DNA of 64,000 nucleotides from an uncultured Gammaproteobacteria bacterium. Lineage in GTDB: Bacteria; Pseudomonadota; Gammaproteobacteria; DRJJ01. The stretch is taken from contig CAMYJU010000009.1 of assembly GCA_947258795.1 (NCBI GenBank), positions 37,407 through 101,406 of the forward strand. Reading direction: 5' to 3'. Below the pieces are notes generated by a model that worked only from the letters and a program-made list of their open reading frames with translations, was not told the origin of the DNA and did not search any database. Every line of letters begins with the position of its first letter. The first letter of the stretch is position 1. Positions 53,179 to 64,000 of the stretch are shown here, in pieces. The translations under genes were made by a program, and so were the position numbers.

Positions 53179-53640
53179 CTACAACAGGTCAGGACGTCTA
53201 GGAAACACCACCAGCACCAGCCCCAGCAGACTATTGGTCATGAACAGCACTTGCGAGATGCCATGTAGACGGCCAAATTGGGCCTTGTTTGCCATCTGGT
53301 CCAGGCCTTGCATTTTTAGCTCGACCATCATTGGCTGCAGGTACCACTGACCGATCACGATCACCACTACCATTACCAGAATCAACCACGCACGTAGCTG
53401 TTTCCAGACCGGCAGACTGCCGGTCATCGCATCCAGCAACAGGATCAGCGCGCAGCCGATACCAATATAGGACATGACCGTGAACAGACGCCCGGCCACT
53501 TCACCGGCGGTTTGCCGGTCGAGCATGTTGAACAGCACCGGCGCGACCAGATAACCGGTCACCCACATGCCGCCGACCCACAGCGTCAGCGCGATACGAG
53601 CAGCCGTGGAGCCGGATAACAGGTCACGTGTAATCGACAT
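53179..53640 (-). CDS. DUF4149 membrane protein
   Basis: LWVGGMWVTGYLVAPVLF and FGRLHGIS; usual greA-DUF4149-yhbY context. Confidence 0.9.
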   Translation of the reverse strand: MSITRDLLSGSTAARIALTLWVGGMWVTGYLVAPVLFNMLDRQTAGEVAGRLFTVMSYIGIGCALILLLDAMTGSLPVWKQLRAWLILVMVVVIVIGQWYLQPMMVELKMQGLDQMANKAQFGRLHGISQVLFMTNSLLGLVLVVFPRRPDLL

Positions 53641-53643
53641 ATA

Positions 53644-54123
53644 CTAGATGTATTTGACGTCGGTGATTTCCAGCTCGCGGATCCCGCCCGGGGCATCCAG
53701 CTGCACGACATCGTCAACGGACTTGCCGATCAGCACACGCGCGATCGGCGAACTGATCGAGATCTTGCCGTGCTTGATGTCGGCCTCGTCATCACCAACG
53801 ATCTGGTAGGTCAATTCAGTATCTTCATCGATATCCAGCAGTTCTACCGTGGCGCCGAAAATCACCTTGCCACCGGCATTCATCTTGGTTACATCAATGA
53901 CCTGGGCATGGGACAGCTTGCCTTCGATATCGGCTATACGCCCCTCGATAAAGCCCTGTTCCTCGCGTGCGGCATGATACTCGGCATTTTCTTTCAGATC
54001 ACCATGCTCACGCGCCTCGGCAATGGCCGCAATCACCTTAGGACGGCGCACGTTCTTCAGTTCCTTGAGTTCCTCACGAAGTCGTTCAGCACCCTGTGCC
54101 GTAATCGGTATTTTCCCGCTCAT
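53644..54123 (-). CDS. greA: Transcription elongation factor GreA
   Basis: [16 protein letters not shown] and SPIAR. Confidence 0.97.
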   Translation of the reverse strand: MSGKIPITAQGAERLREELKELKNVRRPKVIAAIAEAREHGDLKENAEYHAAREEQGFIEGRIADIEGKLSHAQVIDVTKMNAGGKVIFGATVELLDIDEDTELTYQIVGDDEADIKHGKISISSPIARVLIGKSVDDVVQLDAPGGIRELEITDVKYI

Positions 54124-57100
54124 GCCGATTTCCCCTTGTTCAATAATTGGTGCAAATCCTGTAATGAATTGACTTCATCCAGATCCTGCTTCTGCAAGGC
54201 CATACAGGTCGCCCTGGCGCCGGCCATGGTCGTGGCATAGGTGACCTTGTGATTCAATGCCTCCCTGCGAATGGCGTATGAATCAGCAATAGCCTGTTTG
54301 CCTTCGGTCGTATTCACGATCAGTGCAATTTCCTCATTCTTGATCATATCCACAATATGCGGGCGGCCTTCGGCCACCTTGTTGATCAGGGTACAGTCAA
54401 CACCGGCCTCCTGGATAGACTTGCCTGTCCCTTTTGTGGCATAGATATCAAAACCGAGTTCGGCCAGGTTCCTGGCAATCTCGACGGCATCCTGTCTGTC
54501 ACTATCACGCACACTGACAAAGGCCTTGCCCTTGTCAGGCAGGGATACACCCGCACCCAGCAGGGATTTACCAAATGCCTCGGCAAAATCCCTGCCGACC
54601 CCCATGACCTCGCCGGTAGATTTCATTTCCGGACCGAGCAACGGGTCGACACCCGGGAATTTCACAAATGGGAATACGGATTCCTTGACCGTAAAATAGT
54701 CCAGCCTGTCCGGCGCAGTCGCGTTCTGCTGCGCCAGGCTCTGGCCTACCATGCAACGCGCGGCAATACGCGCCAATGGCAGGCCGGTGGTCTTCGACAC
54801 ATACGGTGCGGTACGTGATGCACGTGGATTGACCTCGAGAATATATATCGTATCGCCCTGGATCGCGAACTGGGCGTTCATCAGGCCGACCACCTTCAGT
54901 TCCAACGCATACTGGCGCATGTGTTCGCGTAACTGTTCCTGAATCTCTTCGCTCAGGGTATAAGGCGGTAGTGAACAGGCCGAATCACCGGAATGCACGC
55001 CGGCCTGCTCGATATGTTCCATGATGCCGCCGATCAGCACCTGTTCACCGTCACAGATTGCATCGACGTCGACTTCCACCGCGTCATCCAGAAACCGGTC
55101 CAGCAGTACTGGTGAATCATTCGATACCTGCACCGCCTCTTTCATATAGCGTTGCAGGCCTTCCTCGTCGAAAACGATTTCCATCGCCCGGCCACCCAGT
55201 ACATAGGACGGACGCACCACCAGCGGAAAACCGATCTCGCTGGCCGCCTGTATCGCCTGTTCCTCGGTACGCGCAGTGCGGTTCGGCGGTTGCAGGAAGC
55301 CGAGTTTTTCGACCAGCTGCTGGAAACGTTCACGGTCTTCGGCCAGGTCGATCGAATCCGGGCTGGTACCAATAATCTTCGCACCGGCCGCCTCGAGATC
55401 ACGCGCCAGTTTCAACGGCGTCTGGCCACCATACTGCACAATCACACCGGCCGGCTGTTCCAGCTCGATGATCTCCAGTACATCCTCCAGTGTCAGCGGT
55501 TCGAAGTACAGGCGATCCGAGGTATCGTAGTCGGTCGACACCGTTTCCGGGTTACAGTTGACCATGATGGTTTCGTAACCATCCTCACGCATGGCCAGTG
55601 CCGCATGCACACAGCAGTAATCAAACTCGATACCCTGACCGATTCGGTTCGGGCCACCACCGAGCACCATGATTTTCTGGCGGTCACTGGGCTGTGCCTC
55701 GCATTCCTGGTCATAACTCGAGTACATATAGGCGGTAGACGTCGCAAACTCGGCCGCACAGGTATCAACCCGTTTGTACACCGGCCTGACGCCGAGTGAC
55801 TGGCGATGTGTACGTACTTCCTGTTCTGTACATTGCAACAGCGTTGCGAGGCGATGATCGGAAAAACCCTTGCCCTTCAGTGCGCGCATGCCGGCCTCGT
55901 TCAGGTCGGACAACTGTTTGTTCGCCAACCCCTGTTCCTCGCGGATCAGGTCTTCGACCTGCACCAGGAACCACGGATCGATAGCGGTCAGTTGATGGGT
56001 TTCCTCGATGCTCATGCCGCTACGGAATGCATCACCAAGGTACCAGATGCGTTCGGCACCAGGCACCCGTAATTCCTTGGTCAGTAACTGGTTCGCCGAT
56101 TCCTGGGTGACATCGATCCTGGGGGTCAGCCCATCGACGCCGGTCTCGAGACCGCGTAACGCCTTTTGCAAGGATTCCTGAAAGTTTCTGCCGATTGCCA
56201 TCACCTCACCGACCGATTTCATTTGCGTGGTCAGGTGTGCATCGGCATGCGGGAATTTCTCGAACGTGAAACGCGGGACCTTGGTGACCACATAGTCGAT
56301 CGACGGCTCGAATGATGCCGGGGTTGCGCCACCGGTAATATCGTTCTGCAATTCATCCAGGGTGTAACCGACCGCGAGCTTGGCAGCGACCTTCGCAATC
56401 GGAAAGCCGGTGGCCTTGGAGGCCAGTGCGGATGAGCGCGACACACGCGGGTTCATCTCGATAATAATCATGCGGCCATCTTCGGGATTGATCGCGAACT
56501 GGACATTCGATCCACCGGTATCGACGCCGATCTCGCGCAATACCGCCAGCGAGGCGTTGCGCATGATCTGGTATTCCTTGTCGGTCAGGGTCTGCGCCGG
56601 CGCAACGGTAATCGAGTCGCCGGTATGCACACCCATCGGGTCGAAGTTTTCGATCGAACAGATAATGATGCAGTTGTCTTTATGGTCACGCACCACTTCC
56701 ATCTCGTACTCTTTCCAGCCGAGCGCGGATTCCTCGATCAGCAGTTCCGTGGTCGGTGACAGGTCCAGGCCACGTTCACAGATCTCGACAAACTCTTCCT
56801 TGTTATAGGCAATCCCGCCACCGCTACCACCCATAGTAAAGGACGGACGGATAATGGTCGGAAAGCCGATCGATGCCTGTACCTGTAACGCCACTTCCAT
56901 ACTGTGCGCAATCGCCGAACGTGGCATGTCCAGACCGATCTTGCGCATCGCCTGGCGGAACAGGTCACGGTCCTCGGCCTTGTCGATGGCTTCACGGGTT
57001 GCACCGATCATCTCGACACCGGATTTTTCCAGCACTCCCTCGCGTACCAGGTCCAGCGCACAGTTCAGTGCGGTCTGGCCACCCATGGTCGGCAACAGCA

Positions 57101-57353
57101 CATCCGGGTGCTCTTTTTCGATAATCCTGGCCACTGTCTGCCAGCGTATCGGTTCGATATAGGTCGCATCGGCCATCTCCGGATCGGTCATGATCGTGGC
57201 CGGGTTGGAGTTGACCAGGATGACGCGGTAACCCTCTTCACGCAGGGCCTTGCAGGCCTGTGCACCGGAGTAGTCAAATTCGCATGCCTGACCAATTACA
57301 ATTGGCCCGGCGCCGATAATCAGGATGGATTGGATGTCAGTTCTTTTTGGCAT
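54120..57353 (-). CDS. carB: Carbamoyl-phosphate synthase large subunit
   Basis: MPKRTDI...[10 protein letters not shown]; duplicated ATP-grasp halves. Confidence 0.99.
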   Translation of the reverse strand: MPKRTDIQSILIIGAGPIVIGQACEFDYSGAQACKALREEGYRVILVNSNPATIMTDPEMADATYIEPIRWQTVARIIEKEHPDVLLPTMGGQTALNCALDLVREGVLEKSGVEMIGATREAIDKAEDRDLFRQAMRKIGLDMPRSAIAHSMEVALQVQASIGFPTIIRPSFTMGGSGGGIAYNKEEFVEICERGLDLSPTTELLIEESALGWKEYEMEVVRDHKDNCIIICSIENFDPMGVHTGDSITVAPAQTLTDKEYQIMRNASLAVLREIGVDTGGSNVQFAINPEDGRMIIIEMNPRVSRSSALASKATGFPIAKVAAKLAVGYTLDELQNDITGGATPASFEPSIDYVVTKVPRFTFEKFPHADAHLTTQMKSVGEVMAIGRNFQESLQKALRGLETGVDGLTPRIDVTQESANQLLTKELRVPGAERIWYLGDAFRSGMSIEETHQLTAIDPWFLVQVEDLIREEQGLANKQLSDLNEAGMRALKGKGFSDHRLATLLQCTEQEVRTHRQSLGVRPVYKRVDTCAAEFATSTAYMYSSYDQECEAQPSDRQKIMVLGGGPNRIGQGIEFDYCCVHAALAMREDGYETIMVNCNPETVSTDYDTSDRLYFEPLTLEDVLEIIELEQPAGVIVQYGGQTPLKLARDLEAAGAKIIGTSPDSIDLAEDRERFQQLVEKLGFLQPPNRTARTEEQAIQAASEIGFPLVVRPSYVLGGRAMEIVFDEEGLQRYMKEAVQVSNDSPVLLDRFLDDAVEVDVDAICDGEQVLIGGIMEHIEQAGVHSGDSACSLPPYTLSEEIQEQLREHMRQYALELKVVGLMNAQFAIQGDTIYILEVNPRASRTAPYVSKTTGLPLARIAARCMVGQSLAQQNATAPDRLDYFTVKESVFPFVKFPGVDPLLGPEMKSTGEVMGVGRDFAEAFGKSLLGAGVSLPDKGKAFVSVRDSDRQDAVEIARNLAELGFDIYATKGTGKSIQEAGVDCTLINKVAEGRPHIVDMIKNEEIALIVNTTEGKQAIADSYAIRREALNHKVTYATTMAGARATCMALQKQDLDEVNSLQDLHQLLNKGKSA

Positions 57354-57376
57354 ATAACTCTAACTATTTTCTGTTA

Positions 57377-57476
57377 CCCCCCTCTCCTCCCGGGAGAGGG
57401 TTGGGGTGAGGGGGTCAATAAGATAACTCGTCATATTTTATACCCTCATCCTAGCCTTCTCCCTGAGGGAGAAGGA
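57377..57476. repeat. Inverted pair of BoxC-like repeats
   Basis: CCCCTCTCC..GGGAGAGGGTTGGGGTGAGGGG (57377-57414) and an inverted copy (57443-57476). Confidence 0.8.
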
Positions 57477-57543
57477 ATAACCACTATGATCGGGCTATAC
57501 CAATACATATCATTGAATAGCTTCAATCAGCTTGAAATCCAGG

Positions 57544-58689
57544 CTACTCGCCCTGCTTACCCCGGTACTGCTGGATCATTTCAATAAACTGGTCAAACAA
57601 GGGCGCAACATCGTGCGGCCCGGGACTCGCCTCAGGATGCCCCTGAAAACTGAACGCCGGCACATCGCTGCGCGACACACCCTGCAACGAACCATCAAAC
57701 AATGAACGATGGGTAGCCTTCAGATTGTCAGGCAAACTCGCCTCGTCGACTGCAAAACCGTGGTTCTGGCTGCTGATCATGACCACGCCACTGGCCAGGT
57801 CCTGTACCGGATGGTTGGCACCGTGATGGCCGAATTTCATTTTCTTCGTGCTGGCGCCACTGGCCAGCGACAATAACTGGTGACCCAGACAGATACCGAA
57901 CACCGGCACCGCCGCGGCGAGGATCTCCTGGATCGCACTGATCGCGTAGTCACAGGGCTCCGGGTCCCCGGGTCCGTTGGACAGGAAAACGCCATCCGGC
58001 TGCATCGCCAGCACCTCGGCCGCCGGCGTCTGCGCCGGGACCACATGCACCTGGCAACCACGGTCTGCGAGCATGCGCAGGATATTGCGCTTCACACCAA
58101 AGTCGTAGGCTACCACACGCCAGGGGCGGTCCGCGCCGACATCCTGATGGCCGTGTTCCAGGGTCCAGCTACCCTGGTGCCAGTCATAGGCCTGCGCCGA
58201 GCTTACCTGTTTGGCCAGGTCCATACCCTGGAGGCCCGGGAAAGCACGCGCCGCGGCCAGTGCAGCGGCCTCGTCGATCTGGTCACCGGCAACGATACAA
58301 CCTGCCTGTGAGCCCTTTTCACGCAGGATACGGGTTAACCGGCGTGTGTCGATATCGCTGATGCCAACCAGCCGGTGTTCAGTCAGATAGTCAGACAGGG
58401 CTTGCTGGCTACGCCAGTTGCTGGTCAGCATCGGCAGGTCACGTATCACCAGGCCACCGGCATGGATACGATCGCTTTCCTCGTCTTCGGGGTTGGTGCC
58501 GACATTGCCGATATGCGGATAGGTCAGCGTCACGATCTGTTGACTGTAGGAAGGGTCGGTAAGGATTTCCTGATAACCGGTAATAGCGGTATTAAAAACC
58601 ACTTCACCGGTGGTTTCACCATCAATGCCTATGGACAAACCATGAAAAAGGCTGCCATCAGCCAGAGCAAGTAGCGCCGCATTGCGCAA
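57544..58689 (-). CDS. carA: Carbamoyl-phosphate synthase small subunit
   Basis: GEVVFNT, GICLGHQ and [10 protein letters not shown]; TTG start after GAGGAGG. Confidence 0.98.
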   Translation of the reverse strand: MRNAALLALADGSLFHGLSIGIDGETTGEVVFNTAITGYQEILTDPSYSQQIVTLTYPHIGNVGTNPEDEESDRIHAGGLVIRDLPMLTSNWRSQQALSDYLTEHRLVGISDIDTRRLTRILREKGSQAGCIVAGDQIDEAAALAAARAFPGLQGMDLAKQVSSAQAYDWHQGSWTLEHGHQDVGADRPWRVVAYDFGVKRNILRMLADRGCQVHVVPAQTPAAEVLAMQPDGVFLSNGPGDPEPCDYAISAIQEILAAAVPVFGICLGHQLLSLASGASTKKMKFGHHGANHPVQDLASGVVMISSQNHGFAVDEASLPDNLKATHRSLFDGSLQGVSRSDVPAFSFQGHPEASPGPHDVAPLFDQFIEMIQQYRGKQGE

Positions 58690-58712
58690 GGAAACCTCCT
58701 CATTCAGACACA

Positions 58713-58745
58713 CAAAAGCGGGAGAGCCCGATGGATCATCCCGCT
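58713..58745 (-). terminator. Attenuator-type hairpin in the carA leader
   Basis: AGCGGGA/TCCCGCT stem plus TTT directly before the carA RBS. Confidence 0.65.
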
Positions 58746-58777
58746 AGGAAAACTGCGAAGCTGGAGGTACAAAGCAC
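58736..58777 (-). CDS. Putative carA leader peptide (13 aa)
   Basis: GTG CTT TGT ACC TCC AGC TTC GCA GTT TTC CTA GCG GGA TGA; the stop falls inside the hairpin. Confidence 0.5.
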   Translation of the reverse strand: MLCTSSFAVFLAG

Positions 58778-58797
58778 CTATACCAGATTGGACGGTA

Positions 58798-58826
58798 ATT
58801 ATACGGTATCCGACAGCCCAGGTCTA
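58798..58826 (-). promoter_or_regulatory. Sigma-70 promoter of carAB
   Basis: TAGACC-17-TATAAT. Confidence 0.7.
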
Positions 58827-58893
58827 TTCCAAACCACCCTGTAGAAGGCCAGCGGCCCCGTCAACGGTGTATGGCTACGACCCGGCAACAGCC

Positions 58894-59244
58894 TCAGGTA
58901 TAGTACTCAGTAATTACCCATGACAAAGCCATGAGCAAGACTCCAAGTATTACAATCATATAAGCTACGAGAAAGGGGCGTTTGAACTTCTTGTCAAAAT
59001 GCTCATAGAATTCAAGCTGCCCGGTACGTTTGGCAAACCAACGTGATGCAAAAACTGAGATGTACTGAGGTAAACGCGCCATTTGAAAAAAAATACTGTC
59101 GTGTTCAAATTCATGTCCATATATGTACTTATCGATTTCTTTCATTCTCGTTCGTCCCAGTACAATCAGCATAACAAACGTAATCAGCCCACAGAGCATG
59201 GCTAAAATAAACGCCACTAACGATAGCAGTTCTGCTGTTTCCAT
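58894..59244 (-). CDS. Two-TM membrane protein, putative immunity paralog 2
   Basis: 116 aa; collinear with 59312..59662 (63/116 identical by manual count). Confidence 0.7.
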   Translation of the reverse strand: METAELLSLVAFILAMLCGLITFVMLIVLGRTRMKEIDKYIYGHEFEHDSIFFQMARLPQYISVFASRWFAKRTGQLEFYEHFDKKFKRPFLVAYMIVILGVLLMALSWVITEYYT

Positions 59245-59266
59245 ATATTAAAGCGGGTCAATCATA

Positions 59267-59295
59267 GGGTGCAGAATCCATTGGTTATTGCACCC
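59267..59295. repeat. REP-like hairpin between the immunity-like paralogs
   Basis: (TA)GGGTGCA...TGCACCC. Confidence 0.5.
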
Positions 59296-59311
59296 CGCAG
59301 GCTCTTGATAA

Positions 59312-59662
59312 TTACAAATAATACTTGTCAATAAACAAACCGCTTAGTAACAAAAAAAGACCTAATAACACAAACATAGATGCAAGAAGAAAAGGGCGTT
59401 TAAATTTCTTGTCAAAGTGCTCATACATATCAAGATGCCCAACAAGTCTGGCGTACCAGCGCGAAGCAAAAATATTTGCATATATCGGGAATCGGACAAG
59501 TTGATAGAAAATGCTATCGTTATCTACATTAAACCCATAATAGTATTTATCTACTTCTTTCATGCGGGTTCGACCAATTATGATGACCATCACCAAATAT
59601 ACAATCCCACAAATAATGAACGCAAAAAATGTAATCAACGATAACAGATCTGCAGTATTCAT
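59312..59662 (-). CDS. Two-TM membrane protein, putative immunity paralog 1
   Basis: Shares GRTRMKExDKY, FASRW and YEHFDKKFKRPFL with its neighbour; AT-rich. Confidence 0.7.
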   Translation of the reverse strand: MNTADLLSLITFFAFIICGIVYLVMVIIIGRTRMKEVDKYYYGFNVDNDSIFYQLVRFPIYANIFASRWYARLVGHLDMYEHFDKKFKRPFLLASMFVLLGLFLLLSGLFIDKYYL

Positions 59663-59740
59663 AAATCCATGTCATCCAGCCATAATAATAAAATATTTTC
59701 AGAAATGAGCCAGCTCAAGTCATAATGACTACTATGCGTA

Positions 59741-60772
59741 TCAGTATATAGACTCATATAAGACAGCACCCCTGTTTTTTCCAAACCCACCTCCCGCAGC
59801 CCCCCCGACATAGCCCCCTGCACCCGCCCCAACCAGAGCACACCAGAACAAGCTGCTACCACCTGATGGAAGACCAAAGACCAGATTGCAAGTAGCATAG
59901 CCCAGTGGAGCACCTACCCAACCTCCAAAAGCTGAACCAATAAGCGAACCACCAAGCCGTCCGCCCTGGACATATTTGCTTTTGGTGCATTCCTGTTCCC
60001 GGCCCGTGATACATGCCTTATGGATCAGCACTCCGCTTTGACCGATATCCAGCGCCACACCGGCATAACCAATGCGGCTGAGCAGCCTGCCATATTTGCC
60101 GACCCGGGCGTAGTTGTCGGCAAAATCGGGAATGGTTTGCACCTGACTCGGGAGCCGGTTCCACTGGTGCAGGATGCTTTTGGTGCTCAGGCCGAGGCTG
60201 TTTTTCAGGTTGCCGACCTGTAGGTTGGTGCCTGCCAATTGTTGCCCCACCATGCGCCTCAAAACCGCATTCATCTGGTCAAAAATGGCCTTGCGTTGTT
60301 GATAAAAGCGCTGCTGATTCAGTTTCCTGTTGCTGTTAAAGGTGTCCACATACAGGCGTTCGAGCCGTTTCAGCAATCCCTCCAGTCGTTTCTTATGATG
60401 ATTGAAAAACGTAGTGGAAATACCGATCGCCGTGCCCGAGTGGGCCAGGATATTGTTAATCAATTCATAATTCTCGGCGACGAAGCTTGCTTCTTTCGGG
60501 CTCAACTGCACCTGCATACGCTCGATATCCGCCGCCACTGCTGCCAGATCATATTCGAATGCGGTGCACACCGTCTGTCCGGGTGGGGTAACGACCACCA
60601 CCTGACCCGGCAGTACCGATGTTTGAATATGCTGGTTAACGCTCAGGAAGTGGTCTTTGGTGGCCGGGTCAGGGTTCTGGTACAGACTCGCAATCAGGCT
60701 GTCTATTGACTGGGCGCGTGTGACCGGATGAAAAAAGGCTTGATCGGGTACGCTCTTGATTGACTTGCTCAT
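59741..60772 (-). CDS. Putative membrane-targeting toxin (LysM-like N-terminus, Gly-zipper C-terminus)
   Basis: Clean 343 aa ORF. The N-terminus fits a LysM pattern and the C-terminus is a Gly-rich hydrophobic hairpin. Function is inferred. Confidence 0.6.
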   Translation of the reverse strand: MSKSIKSVPDQAFFHPVTRAQSIDSLIASLYQNPDPATKDHFLSVNQHIQTSVLPGQVVVVTPPGQTVCTAFEYDLAAVAADIERMQVQLSPKEASFVAENYELINNILAHSGTAIGISTTFFNHHKKRLEGLLKRLERLYVDTFNSNRKLNQQRFYQQRKAIFDQMNAVLRRMVGQQLAGTNLQVGNLKNSLGLSTKSILHQWNRLPSQVQTIPDFADNYARVGKYGRLLSRIGYAGVALDIGQSGVLIHKACITGREQECTKSKYVQGGRLGGSLIGSAFGGWVGAPLGYATCNLVFGLPSGGSSLFWCALVGAGAGGYVGGAAGGGFGKNRGAVLYESIY

Positions 60773-61050
60773 GGCACCTGTTCCTTGTGCTGATGTTCCA
60801 TTTTTTCCTGCTAATAATGATAGACAGGCGGCAAGATTTCAAGCTATCAACAAGCCAAAGTTACGTCAACATTCCACGACAGGCTCCAAGCTCTACAGAC
60901 TGGACCGCCAAAGTAGATCAGCCCTGTCGGCGCAATGCCCTGTTTATCTCGCCGAATCCCTTCGGGCTTCATTGTGAGTACGCTACGCTTTTAGCGTCAG
61001 TGCAATCGCACCTACGTATCCGGTTCACCGTTGCGTATCAGCGTACAGCA

Positions 61051-61999
<949 letters not shown>

Positions 62000-62080
62000 T
62001 TCTCAATTCATAGCACAGAGTTATTCAATCTAATCATGCCTTGAATCGGGGTTGCGATTCACCCGGTCAGGAGGCAGTGA

Positions 62081-63220
62081 CTAGAATTTGATTTTATCAA
62101 CAAAACTCTTCACACCATCAATCCAGGAACTGGCCTTCGGATTGTGGTGCTGGTGTTTCTGATCCAGCGATGCCTGGAACTGCTGTAGCAGCTCTTTCTG
62201 CTGACCGGTCAGCTTCACCGGGGTCTCGACCATGACCCGGCACATCAGGTCACCGGTGGCACCGCCACGCACCTGTTTGACCCCCTTGCCACGCAGTCGG
62301 AACACACTGCCACTCTGGGTCTCGGGTGGAATCTTGAGCTTGACCTTGCCATTCAGGGTCGGCACTTCCAGTTCACCACCCAGCGCCGCGGCCACAAAAC
62401 TGATCGGCACTTCGCTGTGCAGGTTGCTTTCCTCGCGTGTGAATATCGGGTGTGGCTTGACGTTGATCTCGACATACAGATCACCCGGTGGTCCGCCGTT
62501 TTCACCGGCCTCGCCCTCACCGGACAGACGGATGCGGTCGCCGATGTCGACACCGGCCGGCACCTTGACCGACAGGGTCTTGGTTTCCTTGACCCGACCC
62601 TGTCCGTGACACTTGCCACACGGATCGCCGATCATCTTGCCGGTGCCATGACAACGCGGACAGGTCTGCTGCACCGAGAAAAAGCCCTGCTGCATACGTA
62701 CCTGGCCGTGACCACCACAGGTGGTGCAGGTGCTTGGGGAACTGCCCTTCTTCGCACCGGAGCCATCACACTCGGTACAGGGAACCATGCTCGGCACCTT
62801 GATCTTGACCGTGGTGCCGGCAACGGCGTCTTCCAGATCCAGATCCAGTCGGTAACGCAGGTCGGATCCGCGATAGGCGCGCTGACCTCCGCCGCCACCA
62901 CGACCGCCACCACTGAAGATGTCACTGAACACATCACCGAAGATGTCACTGAAGTTGGCACCACCACCGAAACCGGCGCCGGCACCGGCAGACGGATCCA
63001 CACCGGCGTGACCGAACTGGTCGTAGGCGGCACGTTTCTGTGCATCACTCAGTACGTCGTAGGCCTCCTTGGCCTCCTTGAACTTGGCTTCGGCCTCGCT
63101 GTCATCCGGATTGCGGTCCGGGTGATATTTCATGGCCAGACGTTTGAAGGCCTTTTTGATCTCTGCATCCGAGGCATTTTTTGCGACGCCCAGAAGTTCG
63201 TAATAATCCTGTTTTGCCAT
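62081..63220 (-). CDS. dnaJ: Chaperone DnaJ
   Basis: HPD motif, G/F region and four CxxCxGxG repeats. Confidence 0.99.
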   Translation of the reverse strand: MAKQDYYELLGVAKNASDAEIKKAFKRLAMKYHPDRNPDDSEAEAKFKEAKEAYDVLSDAQKRAAYDQFGHAGVDPSAGAGAGFGGGANFSDIFGDVFSDIFSGGGRGGGGGQRAYRGSDLRYRLDLDLEDAVAGTTVKIKVPSMVPCTECDGSGAKKGSSPSTCTTCGGHGQVRMQQGFFSVQQTCPRCHGTGKMIGDPCGKCHGQGRVKETKTLSVKVPAGVDIGDRIRLSGEGEAGENGGPPGDLYVEINVKPHPIFTREESNLHSEVPISFVAAALGGELEVPTLNGKVKLKIPPETQSGSVFRLRGKGVKQVRGGATGDLMCRVMVETPVKLTGQQKELLQQFQASLDQKHQHHNPKASSWIDGVKSFVDKIKF

Positions 63221-63301
63221 TTTGTTTTATTCGCCTGGTAACGTTTACGACCATGACTGGCCAGAACAGGCCTGACCATTCTATTCTGTACTGCCAGACA
63301 G

Positions 63302-63340
63302 CACACAACGACAGGCGGGATACCCGGCTGTCGTTGTGTG
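63302..63340. other. Long hairpin in the dnaK-dnaJ spacer
   Basis: CACACAACGACAG...CTGTCGTTGTGTG forms a perfect 13-bp outer stem. Confidence 0.6.
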
Positions 63341-63374
63341 ATGCCAGCCTGCCGCAGCAGGCCCTGATTCCGAC

Positions 63375-64000
63375 TTACTTCTTGTCGTCCTTGACCTCTT
63401 CAAACTCGGCATCAACCACATCGTCAGCTGCCGCATTATCATCAGCAGGCTGTTCTGCAGCCGCTTCGCCGGCCCCGGCCTGTGCCTGTTGGGCATAGGC
63501 ACGCTCGGCTATCTTGCCGGCCTTTTCGGTCAGATCCTTGGTTTTGGCCTCGATCTCTTCCTTGTCTTCACCTTTCAGTGCGGTCTGCAAGGCCTCGATC
63601 GCAGCCTCGATCTGGGTCTTCTCTTCCGCCTCGACCTGGTCGCCCAGATCATCAAGCGACTTTTTGGTCGCATGGATCAGGTTGTCCGCCTGGTTGCGCA
63701 CCTCGACCAGTTCATGGAACTTGCGGTCTTCATCCGCATGCGCCTCGGCATCCTTGACCATGTTGTCGATTTCATCATCCGACAAACCACTGGAGGCCTT
63801 GATTGTGATCGACTGCTCCTTGCCGGTGGCCTTGTCTTTCGCAGACACATGCAGGATACCGTTGGCATCGATATCAAAGTTCACCTCGATCTGCGGTACA
63901 CCACGCGGTGCTGGTGGAATATCGGCCAGGTCGAAGCGACCCAGCGACTTGTTGGCCGTGGCCATTTCACGCTCACCCTGCAAGACATGTACGGTCACCG
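63375..64000 (-). CDS. dnaK: Chaperone DnaK (3' part)
   Basis: [22 protein letters not shown] and [10 protein letters not shown]. Confidence 0.99.
   Translation of the reverse strand, partial: VTVHVLQGEREMATANKSLGRFDLADIPPAPRGVPQIEVNFDIDANGILHVSAKDKATGKEQSITIKASSGLSDDEIDNMVKDAEAHADEDRKFHELVEVRNQADNLIHATKKSLDDLGDQVEAEEKTQIEAAIEALQTALKGEDKEEIEAKTKDLTEKAGKIAERAYAQQAQAGAGEAAAEQPADDNAAADDVVDAEFEEVKDDKK

Noticed and set aside
59659-59913. 84 aa ORF overlapping the toxin 3' end
   Set aside because: Alternative frame of the Gly-rich tail; only its last codons may be an immunity-gene relic.
58839-60898. CTGTAGA / TCTACAG 7-bp inverted ends around the toxin cassette
   Set aside because: Too short, with no target duplication or transposase; could be chance.
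62417-63241. 274 aa plus-strand ORF, and similar ORFs opposite carB, ftsH, glmM, nuoG and secG
   Set aside because: Antisense shadows produced by GC-biased codon usage in conserved genes.

Overview
Gammaproteobacterial chromosome segment; the host is probably a marine sulfur-oxidiser-like lineage (inference). Most genes are on the minus strand. The right ~37 kb is a GC-rich core region, in transcription order: dnaK'-dnaJ-dapB-[insert]-carA-carB-greA-DUF4149-yhbY-rlmE-ftsH-folP-glmM-tpiA-secG-tRNA-Leu-nuoA..N (14 genes). It continues into a sensor kinase / sigma-54 activator pair, a DsrE lipoprotein with a clear -24/-12 promoter, and tRNA-fMet. Left of the tRNA 3' end lies a ~25 kb, visibly AT-richer island. 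It is bounded by a decayed tyrosine-integrase tail on the right and by regA and tlpA gene relics on the left, next to an AddB-like gene. Its cargo is mostly envelope and uncharacterised families: PLD lipoprotein, two DUF3313 proteins, a long AsmA, HD-GYP, RND plus MFP without TolC, an OprD porin, a gltS fragment, SpoIIAA-like, DUF2950, DUF3300, a Cys-rich repeat protein, fused DUF1538 with two PII-like proteins, a Gly-zipper protein and a patatin-Omp85 (PlpD-like) protein. Best novelty candidates are (1) a LysM-like/Gly-zipper putative membrane toxin with two tandem immunity-like paralogs between dapB and carA, (2) the DUF1538 + double-PII transporter module and the surrounding DUF island, (3) a hidden leader-peptide attenuator upstream of carA, and (4) a sigma-54 two-component system dedicated to DsrE. 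Family assignments come from motif recognition only; no searches were run.
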